A stretch of 64,000 bases of DNA, from assembly GCF_000150275.1 (NCBI RefSeq), contig NW_002060943.1, positions 3,127,264 to 3,191,263 of the forward strand, read 5' to 3'. Made by a program: the position numbers and the translations under genes. Positions within the stretch are counted from its first letter, which is position 1. The number at the start of each line of letters is the position of its first letter. The stretch is from Trichoplax adhaerens. Lineage: Eukaryota > Animalia > Placozoa. Positions 39,725 through 51,912 of this stretch are shown one piece after another. The notes under the pieces are model-generated. The model did no database searches, was not told the origin of the DNA, and worked only from the letters and a program-made list of their open reading frames with translations.

Positions 39725-42700
39725 ATGAGCTCAGAAATTGTTATTCGTAGTCCAGTGCCTGATATTGAACTACCTGAAAATGCAAACATATATGAATATG
39801 TTTGTAGAAACTTTTCTGAATATGGTGAAAAGCCCGCTATTGTAAGTTCGTTGACAACAATATCGTCGTAAATTGTTACTTTCTTACAGCCTGTTACGAT
39901 GCGTAAGCTCGTCCTAATTATAATTATTGAGTAATATTAAATATTGCTTGTGAAGATTCCTTTTTAGTTCGTTAGTCGGTTAGATAGTCAACTAGTTTTC
40001 AATTGATATTTAATTGTGAAGACTATAATCTTGGGTGCCAAGATTCCTTCAGTAATAAATGATAGTAAATCTCTGACTATCTCGTCTACATCATCTGTGA
40101 CGCTATAATTATACCATAGTATTCGGTTGTTGGAACTGAATTAGTTGGTGATATAACTAATCTCGCCTCTTTAAGTTAGTAAGTGGCGTTCTCCGCAAGG
40201 ATTGGCGTGTGTAGACTACTTTGTCACTAGTGGTGTGTGACACAGCCCTATAGTACTATGCAAGTAATCCATTTTAAAAGCCATCTGCCCTTCATCCAAG
40301 CAGTCTATCGAATTTGATATGATCTACTCGTAGTTCTCTTAGTTTAGCAGTTCAAGAAATTCTTTAACAAATTTTCGAACTTAAGCTTTATTATGCATGG
40401 CACTCTATTGTTGCATGCTGTACCTTATAGGTGCAGTAAAGCACAAGCGATATTACAGTAACTTGGCATTATTGCTTTTACTCCCTTTTTGCTGTTATTG
40501 AAATCTTGCGATAACGACTACCCCATACTAACTACAGCTAAAAGAGCCAAAAGTCTTATAATTGCCAAATACTTCATAGTGCAGCTTGCGTATTTATTTT
40601 CAAGAATTTTTCTCACCATCAGTTTCTAACTTTGTTTCTGCTTAAACAATGCAGGATAGCTTATGATATAAGTAGCCTAGAAGCAACCATGTACTGTACG
40701 ATATCCTTAAAAGCTACAGGCTATCTAAATATTCCATATTTATGATAGTATATGGCACTCTAGGGGTCATAATTTCGACAGTCTTTACAGCATAAAATCA
40801 TAGATTTTCTGTATTTTATAATGGTTTAAATTCAACTAAAGTAACGGTAATATTGTTTAGTGATTTAAGCATTTCATTAATACATCAAATTTCTTTTCTC
40901 ATAGCTAGTAGTTAGATTAGAGATGACAACAATATTTATTTGTTGTTATTATATAGTGCAGCTTGCATAAATAGATTTTTTAGGTTACTTACGTTTACTC
41001 GTGTATTATAGTAGTACTGTATGGCAATAGATTTAGTACATGGACAAGTAAATCCTTGGCTAGCATTATACTAGCCGTTTATCATACAGATTATAATAGT
41101 AAAAGTAATTTTCATTCGTCATTACTAAAATGGATTTCCAAATACAGTGAAAGCTTATCTTCATTCTTTGAGCTACTTACGCGTATACGAATTTATTGTG
41201 ATGCAATTACGAGCTGATGCATTACAGAATTTAATTTCTTTTACAGACCGATGCTAATAGTGATCGAACGATAAACTACAATCAACTTTTAGATATGATT
41301 CGACGATTTGGATCTGCATTGTTGAGGATGGGAATGAAAAAAGGGGATGTCTTTGCAATTTATAGCCCTAACTTACCGGAATTTGCCGTTGCAATCTATG
41401 GTATTATTGCAGTTGGCGGTGTTGCTACAACTGTTAACCCATTATACTCCGCTGAAGAATTGATAAAACAACTTAAGCTGTCTGGTGCTAATTATATTTT
41501 GGGTTTTCCAAGTAACGCAGCCAATGTGATGAAGGCGAAAGAATCTCTGTAAATAAATTTGTTGTTATTGAAATTATAGTTACTTTGTGCTATCGCCTAA
41601 TTGGAACTGCTATCCTGACATATTACACTGTACTTGCAATATAGTACATTAGTGTTAATAACCTCTTAACCATTGCCGTTGTTGCTTAATCAAAATGAAA
41701 TAGTTTTATTATTAGATTTTCATATAGTAATTTACTTTCTGAATATTAGCCTTCATGATAAATTACCAATTTTTTACGCATTTTCCAACCAAAATTTACT
41801 GACTATATCTATCAATCGTGACAAATTGAGGGGTACAGTTGAAACATTGTTTTTTTTATTATGTAATTATCTGAGCGTATGCATCTCGATGACAGAACCT
41901 ATACTGTATATGCTGTCTCTTCATGTTAATAGATAAATTATTTTAAATATGAACGATTCATATTTTTTATGATTATCTCAAAAATTTTCTTACTTTTAGG
42001 GGTTTCAAGGAGGCATACGTATTCGGTGAAGTTGAAGGTTTAACCCCATTCAAGAAACTTTTAGAAGATGACGGATCTCTCTTTGCGACCGATCCATCGG
42101 CAGATCCTGACGATGTTGTATTAATTCCCTATTCAAGTGGCACTACTGGGCTTCCGAAAGGTTTCTCAATACTAAATTTTAAGCTTACTGAAAATGTCTT
42201 TTTCTTGCTAATAATTGATTATAACTGTGTACTTTCTGTTCTAACTAGGTGTTATGCTGACGCATCGCAACCTTTGCAGCAATATAATCCAGCTTCTGAC
42301 TCCAGAATTCTCGATATTCAAACCTGATGGACCAAATCTAGGATTGCTACCTTGGTATCATATCTACGGATTCACAGTTGTGCTGGCAGGGACCCTCTCC
42401 AGAGGCGGACATTTGGTTTCTATGCTACGATTCGATCTACAAGTATTCTTAAATTCTATAGAAAAATATAAGGTAATTCGATACTAAACAACCCACTCAA
42501 AGTATAGGGATATCAATTAGTTGAGGTTAAAAGCGAAAATATTAGACTAAAATTTGCCTCCATTTTAATCATCCTTTAATAAAATCCGTAATGAGTAAAT
42601 ATGATCCATTTGCGATAAAGCTGAAAATAATTTATCGATATATGTACTAAACATATTAGATCAAATACGCGAATTTGGTTCCACCAATCTATATACTCTT

Positions 42701-43906
42701 AACTAAAAGTCCAGTAATTGAAAATTTCGATTTATCCTCAATGAAAGAATCTATCTCTGGAGCTGCACCACTTGATGCAAAAACTAGTGTAGCTGTGAAG
42801 CAGCGACTAGGTTTGGAACTTGTTCGACAAGGCAAGTACGGTAGACTACTTATTGATGATAGTTGGAGGTGCAACGGTGTGTATCCATGGGGCACAATCT
42901 CGTATATGAGTAATTAATAATGTTTATTATATTTATCTACGGGGTTTAGGATTTGGAATGACTGAACTAAGTCCTGTTTCTCATCTTGTAAGAAGAATAG
43001 ATGGAGATTCATCACAAGGATCGATAGGACATTGCTTACCTAATACACTTGCTAAGGTTATATCCAACACTCAGTCATTTTAGCGATATGAATGATGGCA
43101 TATTCGTAGATAACGTCATGCCCTACACACAATTATTTATATTCTATTCAATTTTTATATTAGATTGTCGATGTAGAAACTGGTGAGTCATTAGGAACTG
43201 GAAAAGACGGAGAATTATGCATAAAAGGACCGCAAGTAATGAAAGGATATTTCAACAATCCGGAAGCGACTGCCAATACCATCGATAAAGATGGTTGGTT
43301 ACACACTGGCGATATTGGACATTATAACGAGGATAAGAAGTTTTATATTGTTGATCGATTGAAAGAATTAATCAAGTATAAAGGATTTCAGGTAATACGC
43401 GTATATATCTCGTACAGTAGATACAATATTAATTTAAAGTTTAATTTACTAATTTGATAGTATAATTGTATATACATTCTGATTAGAGGTTTATATAATA
43501 TTATACGGATACATTTAGAGAAAACGAAATAAAAATAAGAGACATAGATATAATGTAAAATGGAATATTAAGGTACATTATTAAGGATGTAATTTGTAAA
43601 TGTACATATTTATAGGTGCCGCCAGCGGAGCTTGAGGGTATTTTAATATCTAATCCTAAAATCGCCGATGCCGCTGTTATCGGCGTTCCAGATTTTGAAG
43701 CCGGTGAATTACCTAAAGCTTTCATCGTTAAATGTGGTGACATAACCGAGGAAGAGGTTATGGATTATGTGGCTAGTAAAGTAGGCCCTCATAAGAAATT
43801 ACGTGGAGGAGTAGAATTTTTAGAAAAGATTCCAAAATCAACGAGTGGCAAAATATTACGTCGTGAGCTTCGAAGGAAAGAGCTTGAGAAGCAAAACAAT
43901 CTGTAA
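39725..43906 (+). CDS. 4-coumarate:CoA ligase-like / firefly-luciferase-like acyl-CoA synthetase, copy 2; 8 exons
   Basis: Exons at 39725-39841, 41247-41548, 42000-42160, 42249-42472, 42660-42831, 42950-43056, 43164-43391 and 43616-43906. It carries the same motifs as copy 1 ([22 protein letters not shown]). Confidence 0.93.
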
Positions 43907-44519
43907 TCACGTTTATTAATTAGCCAATTCTTGCTAACTAATACACAAAGAAGATATTAAGTAGTCCGAAGGCAATCATACAAATCGAAAATGCTCATTA
44001 GATAATTATAACTGTAACTATTTTAATATCATTTCGGCGGCATACAACTTTTTTAGATTATGTTATAAGACGTTATCTTATCAGACCTTTGCATTATTAA
44101 CTGTCAACGTAGTTAGCAGCTTAATTGTACGTACACAGTATAGTAAAGATCAAAATAGGTTCATTAACATTTTTGAACTAAGAGACTGTTTGGAAAGAAT
44201 ATTACGGTTGTAGTAACATTATTATCACCCTGAATAATAGTAAAATTTGCTTGTAAGACTGACAGTGTGTCTTGTAGAACGAAATATCTGAAATAGAATG
44301 ATCAACAAAGCAAAGTAATAGAGACAGAAGTTTTCTATTGCTATAAATTTAGTTGTCACTGATTGCTATCTTAATAAATTGAAAGCTCAAAAAAAGGAGT
44401 TCCATTGCACATTACTATTCTTAACTAGTATAAGATTTTAAAGTTTATTAAAATTCACGTCATCTTAACGCCTTACAAATCAAATTAAATCTTCTTACGT
44501 GCGGGTAGAGATTCAAGTT

Positions 44520-44870
44520 TAAGGTAAGTTGATGCTTTTCTACAGTACTGCATGCTAGTACTTACTGTATCGCCTTCAAGCTTTTATGTTGCACGTATTT
44601 AGGGCAAAGTCGTAATTTACTGTTAATCGTATTTTTTCCGCATCAAGTAATGAGATTTGAAGGAAATCTTCTCATAGTATGCTCGTACATAATGATGTTT
44701 TTAATTTCTTCTATTTTTGATACAGCCATCGACAGTAGCTTTGCTCATATCGATAAACCACTGCTTTATTTAGCAGTATTCTAGAACACATAATAACTTT
44801 TAATGTAATGAGTGCAATGTCAGGTATAGGATAGGCTATTACAGTTCGCACTTGCTCATAAATACTACGT
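44520..44870 (+). repeat. Dispersed non-coding repeat, with further copies at about 25390-25750 and (more degraded) 12075-12350
   Basis: It shares catcaagtaatgagatttgaa, agggcaaagtc and tataggataggctattacagttc.cacttg with 25390-25750, and aagttgatgctt with about 12083. Confidence 0.75.
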
Positions 44871-46748
44871 TGAGAAGCATATTTAAATTATGCTGTAACC
44901 TGGAGGTAGTTAATTATTTACCTTTGTATGCTGTACTGCACTCCATAGATATAATCGTTCGGAAAAGATATGCTTTTTATTTTAATAGTAAAGGTATATA
45001 CTTTAGTGTGCAGTATGCAGTAGATGTAACTATCATAGTACTTGATTGTATTCGTCCACTACGTAGCTAGTAAAGCATAGAAAAGTTATAATTTTGGCTT
45101 AACGCTTTACAGTGCTTTATAGAGCAGCTTACGGGAAAGATGATGAATCAATCTCGAGAAACGTCATCGTCTAGAAAGGCGAATTAAACTGAAAGATGGC
45201 TCATTTATCTTCAGGGAATAAAAGCCTAAAACTATTTTAGACTGTAATAAATGCGTCACACAATAACTATCTTAGTCAAAAGGTATTTTCTAAAAGGCTT
45301 TTGTTACAAGGTTTTAGGAATAGTAGAGCAATAATTAATTACTACAAGAATCTAGTCTAAAATCGAAAGTATTCCGAGCTCAAAGTGAAGTGAAGTCTGT
45401 TCTCCGTGAGCTCATCTATGCAGTTCTTATAAACATTTCGTTCAATCCATTTATGACAACTTGATCAATCTACAATCAGAGATGAGCCATCAAATAAAAC
45501 ACTTTTGGCGAATAGAACATCATTACTTTCTACAATCGAAATCATTCTACTTAAGATGTCACTACTCTTCTATTCACGTCTAGGCCCTTTCTCCGAAGGG
45601 CATCTTAACAACTGCAGTGTTTCTAGCTACCTAAATCTAGTACCATAATCAATCAACTGGCTACTATTAGTCATCAACAATTCCTAATATAATAGTTATC
45701 AATCATGTAATATTAGCTTCACGGTAATATCTATTCAAAGCAACCGAACTATATTAAATATAGCTATCCGTATAATCAAATATAGGTGTATCACTACACA
45801 GACATTATACAGTACTGTAGTGCTGCATAGAAAGGTTAGTGATTAATTTACGTTACTAATAAAGATTATTGTTCGGACAGCGGATTCTATTCATATGCTG
45901 TGTTCATGCACTGTCATGAAGTACTAGTGATTCCGTGTAGAATAGAAATTATAGAATGAGATTGCATCACTGTAAAATAGTAATGGTACCTATTAACTTT
46001 CAGGTTTTTGATATCTCATACTTTGCGTACATAAACTGTGCCACTTCAGAAGATACGTAGAGGCGGACAAAAGAAAAGCCGCCTCACAAGGGATGTGAAA
46101 AATTAACTTCCTGTTCACGTTGCAATCCCACTGTATACTCAAAAAGATGATTTCTATAGTTGTGTCGATATTGCACTAGCCCGCTAGCTATTTTACTTTA
46201 TTTATTTACTTTTCCTTTAACTTTTTGATTTAACCACTGATGTTGTTATGCAGAAATGGGATAAAAGTGCCTTCATCAAAATAAAGCAAGAATTACAGTT
46301 TCTTGTAAACTTTATTTTATTCCATAAGTTAGACTCGTCTAACTACTACTAATAAACTCTTATCACCATCTTACAATCGAACCTGCGTATGGCTTTACTA
46401 TTCTCGTACAATCGTGCAATGTTGATCCTCGCTATTTTGAGTGCTTGATCAGATTATAGCAAGGATTAACTACCCCAAAGCCGCTACGACTGACTAATTG
46501 TTGGTATGCCCTTGGCTCAATTTACAGGATAGAGTTGAGAAAATTTAGAAAGAGTATCATACTGTACTGTGTATCTTACCAGGGATTACTGTGGTTATGA
46601 ATAAAATGCACTGTCAAAGGAGTATCCATTCCTTAATTACTATTTAATTCTTCTTCTATGATTAATTAATTGATATTATTATTATTGTCCACCGACTGAA
46701 GATTAGAGTAGTTGGTTTATCATGAAATGCTTAAGGTAAGCTTTTGTT

Positions 46749-46839
46749 CACGATGATCAGCACATCAGCGATACAAAGAATCGAATCTAAATATCCACGA
46801 TGATCAACACATCAGCGATACAAAGAATCGAATCTAAAT
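46749..46839. repeat. 47-bp direct tandem duplication
   Basis: cacgatgatca.cacatcagcgatacaaagaatcgaatctaaat occurs twice with one mismatch. Confidence 0.9.
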
Positions 46840-47463
46840 GAGCCCTGGAGATCCACCCTGTAGAAGGATATACAGGAGTTTCAAATTAATTAAAAAAAGA
46901 AAATTTCCTATCGACCGGCTTGCTCTTGACACTGCAGTTTACAGGTTAACGCGACAACTAGAAAGGAAGAAGTGAAACAATTGTTGCAGTTCAGTATTGT
47001 ATTACTGTAATACGTCACCATTGGCCATGATTGGGTAGTGTGTTTAGTTGGATCAAGTTATTGTGTGGAATGGGACCAACTGTCACCACCCGGACGATGC
47101 CCATCTGCAGTATTACATCTCATTCAGCAGTCGTTGTACCATGTAATGTAGGGGAAAAGTGGAGAAGTGGTCAATACAACCTTGTCCAAACGTTGGAAGG
47201 GATTGTCTGTGGCCTTAGTACGCATGCTCGCTATGACCGTCACAGGAAAGTGGACTGGACCGGTACGCATTGGAAGCGTAACTGGATGACTGTAGTAGAA
47301 GCACTTGCACCGCCATTCATGGCAGCATGGACAGAGAGGATTAGCCGCTGACAAGCCGTTTTTCAACAGAATCCATTTGTAGATTATGCCAAGGAAAATA
47401 ATTATAGATTGAAGAAAGTATCGGTGAAATCAAGACTACTAACATTACTGGAAAGAAATTGCC

Positions 47464-48723
47464 ATGGTGTCGGTAATGAAAATTGGAAATTTAAATCAAA
47501 AGATTCGTCGTGCTATTTTTATCATTGCAACGTTATCCGTCTTAGCTATTGTAATCTTGTCAAATCAGACATCATTAATTCATGCTAGTCGTCGTCAACT
47601 TTTAACTTTATCCTTACTACGCCATAGTATGGTTGGCTCAGCAACGCAACCAGTTCGAATCAATCAATTTTTAAATAGTAGTGTAGCGGGTGAACGACGT
47701 GCCAATATCCCTGTTATATTATTATGGACAAGTTGGTTTGGTGAATCTTGGCCGTATGAAGAAGGTCGATTAGTTTGCGGTAATAAGCAATTGCAATGTG
47801 ATATAACGCGTGATCAATTTTACTATGATCATAGTAAAGCTGTGGTATTTCATGGTGCTGACTCTGCATGCAGTGATCCAGCTTTTTTCCCTGAAGAACG
47901 TTCTACAAATCAAATTTGGGTTTATCATAATATGGAAAATCCAATTATCAGCTTGAATATGGGTGTTCAATTGACTGAACAACACAATGGTATTTTCAAC
48001 TGGACCATGACCTATTCGCGCGATGCTGATGTTATCATACGTTATGGTGCTATTCTCCATGGCCAACATCGCAACGGCTATGATCCCTATCACAATTATG
48101 GCGAGGGTAAAACTCGTCTTGTTGCTTGGGCATCAAGCAAATGCTACGAAGGTAGAACACAATTTGTATATAATTTAAGCCAACATATCGAAGTGGATAT
48201 GTTTGGTGATTGTGGTACTAGCTATTGTCCTCGTGATGAAGAATGCTGGAGCTATATGGCTAAACATTATAAATTCTACCTAAGTTTCGAGAATAAAATT
48301 TGTAAAGATTATGTGACTGAAAAATTCTATCATAATGCTCTATTGCGTGGTCTTGTACCCATTGTCATTGGCGGTGCAAATTACCAAGATCATCATGTCG
48401 CTCCACCTGGATCGTATATTGATGCATTGCAATTTAATAACGCTGCTGAATTAGCTAATTATATCCTCAAGGTTAGCAAGGACGATCAATTATATAACAG
48501 TTTCTTTCGTTGGAGATCCAATTATACTATTGTTGAATATGATACATTAGATTATTTTTGTGCATTATGCCAACGGCTACATCAAAAAAATACCCATAAA
48601 GTTCGTCGAAATTTAAATTCATTTTGGAATGCTGACACAGCCAATTGTCAGCCTTATCCAAGCGCTGATAGTATTCAAGTTAACAGACAATTTCAATACT
48701 TTTATCCTAATAAATCCGATTAA
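47464..48723 (+). CDS. Alpha-(1,3/4)-fucosyltransferase, GT10 family, type II membrane protein, intronless CDS
   Basis: The 419 aa ORF has an N-terminal TM segment, ILLWT.WFG, AVVFH, FNWTMTYSRDADV, the GT10 signature YKFYLSFENKICKDYVTEKF, and APPGSYID. Confidence 0.95.
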   Translation: MVSVMKIGNLNQKIRRAIFIIATLSVLAIVILSNQTSLIHASRRQLLTLSLLRHSMVGSATQPVRINQFLNSSVAGERRANIPVILLWTSWFGESWPYEEGRLVCGNKQLQCDITRDQFYYDHSKAVVFHGADSACSDPAFFPEERSTNQIWVYHNMENPIISLNMGVQLTEQHNGIFNWTMTYSRDADVIIRYGAILHGQHRNGYDPYHNYGEGKTRLVAWASSKCYEGRTQFVYNLSQHIEVDMFGDCGTSYCPRDEECWSYMAKHYKFYLSFENKICKDYVTEKFYHNALLRGLVPIVIGGANYQDHHVAPPGSYIDALQFNNAAELANYILKVSKDDQLYNSFFRWRSNYTIVEYDTLDYFCALCQRLHQKNTHKVRRNLNSFWNADTANCQPYPSADSIQVNRQFQYFYPNKSD

Positions 48724-51700
48724 CCACAGAAATTCCATTATTCGTATAGTAAATAATTCAACTTTATCAAGCAATAAACAGGACATGATAACTGGATGAC
48801 ATCGTATTGTATTGTATTCAACTAACTGTCCCATACGGTAATCATATCCCTCAAGTAATATTTTAGTTTCAAGACGGGGTCAGCATAGCACAATGAAGAC
48901 GATGGATGCTAGGATATTAGATTGCCATATCTATCAATCATATCTAGACATGAAATCAGTTACGAAAAGCACATGATTATACTTACTGGTAATATAACCA
49001 ATTGCACTGATGAATTGCAAAGGTATTTTGATGTGCTATTGTATGCCTTATTGGGCTTAATCTAAATACAACAGATACACACTCAATGTATTAACTTGCT
49101 AGCTTCTAATAGATGATAGATTGTAAACCTATGTCATATTGTACATAATCATTAAAGAATGTTTGGCTAGGCTTATGTGAATGCAAATTTCATGGTCCTT
49201 CGACAAGAAAGTAAAGATGTGCTATAGCTTTGTTGATTTTATAGCGATATCTTTATAATTAAATAATATTATGACTTTTTTTTCGTATCTACTGCATTCC
49301 AGTAATTATTGAGATTAAACAGACATGTACTGCAGTATTGATCGCTTTTAATATTTCATCGACAAGCTTGATAAAATATGCTGCTACTATGTGTTCATAT
49401 ACTGAATGAAGTTGTAATTAACTGTAAATTCGCAGATTGATGGTATTTTAGAAAGTTGGTAATGCTAGTTTGCTTGATATGGGATTTTGTTTATGGGAAG
49501 GGTGGTTCTGCAGTAATGGTGTAGATTACATCTCTATTATCCACAAAATGGTTGATATAACGACTGGGTTACTTGTTGAGGGCGAACGATAGAATTTATC
49601 CAATCCATTAACTCTTGAAAGTTTAGATCGCTCATTGGAATACCACTGTGCCTCTTTAATTTCGATTTAGTTATAAGTTTGGATGAATTTTATCTGCAGT
49701 AGGTTTAAGCATGATTTAAGTCTTAAACTATTACTCAGATCAAATTCTTTATTTAATGACTGAATCGGTTGTATTAAGTAACCGTGATAAACATATATTC
49801 CTTGTTATTATAATTATTGTTCAGTGAATTTTCTGTACATGCTTTCATTTTAGCGATATAGATATATTTTTATTACGTGATTAGACAATTTACTCTCTTG
49901 TTGGCTCCATTTGTTTAACTGGTTCTCTTCAAAGGCTGGACTAATAATTAATTTAGCGTGTGGCTCGGAAAACAAAAGTTGTTGCCGTCTGCCAAATTTT
50001 AGAAAATCTTGTTTAATACTTACCAAATTATAATCGTAAATTTATCGTTATTGCTATCTTTAAATTCAAATACCAAGGCTGTCATAATATTTTATTAATG
50101 ATATACCAAATAATGTATCGTTTGTCTCATAGTGTTGTGTATCTATTTTACTTATAAATACGAAACTGCGTACACAATGATCACAGATAATTGTATCCGG
50201 AAATTTTTTAATCAGTTATAATTCTCTAATCTGTTGCAATGTCGGGTAAGAAAACACTATACTTACCGAAGAATCCTTTAGATTATCCTATCTTATAAAT
50301 TACAATAAAATTTTCATTAATAACTTATAAAATGGACTAACGGTGCGAGTCGAAAATATAATGCAAAAGCGATTTTAGTCTATTTCTCAACTAATTTCTT
50401 CTTGAAGCTATTATAATCGTTAAATCATTAACGGATAACAGGAGATGTAACTTCATTGATACTGTTGAAATTATTTCTAGAATATTAACAGATTGTTCGT
50501 AAGAAGAATGGCACTATCACTACACTATACATCAGCCACAGGCAAAATTGTAGTGGTTATGAAATTAATTGTTATCTACAAGAATGCTATTTATACGGGT
50601 ACACAAATTTAATACTTGATAGTAACCCATAATGCATCAGACTTGAGTACCGCCATAGTAGCAGTATAGCATCCAAAGGATGGACGCAAACTTTCGTAAT
50701 TTTCCTAAGACCACTTGGGATCGATAATGAATTAGTAATTAATCTTATCATCGAATATTAATTAGTACGTGTATGAAGATAAATCGCATACACTGATAGT
50801 TATTGATTTTTATGATTCTAAGTAAATCAATATATTTTATCTCACTTGTTAATTCCAGAAATTAGGCAAAGATTTATAAATTAGCGATAGCAATCATTAT
50901 CGATAGAAATGTAGCTTATTCCGATATCATTCAGCTACATAATTCTACTAATTTTTTTCGTTTTCACATTCTAAAGTGTATTTGGCATCATTAAATCTAA
51001 GCTTAATTATTATTTCTGAAATTGATATAAAGCTAAGTCATAAGAGAAAATAAGGGAATGAGGAATGCTACGTGTATGCAGACTCTTGAATTAGTGACAA
51101 TAGCTAATGTTCGAAATTTTTACTGTAGAAATGAGTTCTACTTAATAATTAATCTCATTGACTTATTTATCTACAATGTTTACTACTAATAGAAAGTAAG
51201 GTCATTATCATAAAACAGTTTGTTAATGAAAAAATACATTAAGAAGAAATATGATAGACGATCATGCTGCTAGCAGAATTTTAGATTGATAGAGTATGAA
51301 ACTATATTGTAATAAGTTTATATCTTAGGATCGAATTTATGTAGTATAGTAAATATTATCATATATTCAAAAAATGTGTGTTAATACACCTTCGGCCTTG
51401 CATATTCACCATTCAATTACTGATTTCATTTTTTATTTTATTACTCTATCACGAAATTGACCTTTACCGGTAATTATAATAACGTAAATTTTTATTGAGA
51501 TCGGGAAGAAAAATATTAGTACCGTATATTACAACTTAATTATCAAATTTGGCAGTTTTTCACAATGATGAATAGATCACAGCGACAGCCACTCATATTA
51601 GGATTCTTTATACCGCTAAAGCTGATAACATAGATTACGTAGTAATGAATTAGATTCGGTATTTATTATAGAATTATTCTATAATATTCATGGTTATTTT

Positions 51701-51912
51701 GATCATCGTATTCCTTTCAATGCATACATGTGAGTGCATTCTCATCAAATTTTTGGCGTGAATCCAAAGCGTTGAAAATTGGACCAAATGGCCAAATTGT
51801 TACTATTAGTAAAAATACTGTACATATCATGAAACTAAATGAAATAACTATAATTTATTCATGATTAAAAATCAATTTTTTTTGCCAGATCTGGCTTATT
51901 CTGGTATTCTTA

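Noticed and set aside
33488-43906. Bioluminescence system or biosynthetic gene cluster (ligases plus fucosyltransferase)
   Set aside because: Luciferase-like ligases are widespread in non-luminous animals. The GT10 enzyme is a Golgi-type membrane protein, and nothing in the sequence ties the genes to one pathway.
49540-49695. Protein-like short minus-strand frame (..PMSDLNFQELMDWINSIVRP..)
   Set aside because: There is an in-frame stop immediately after the candidate acceptor, and no partner exons or recognisable homology.
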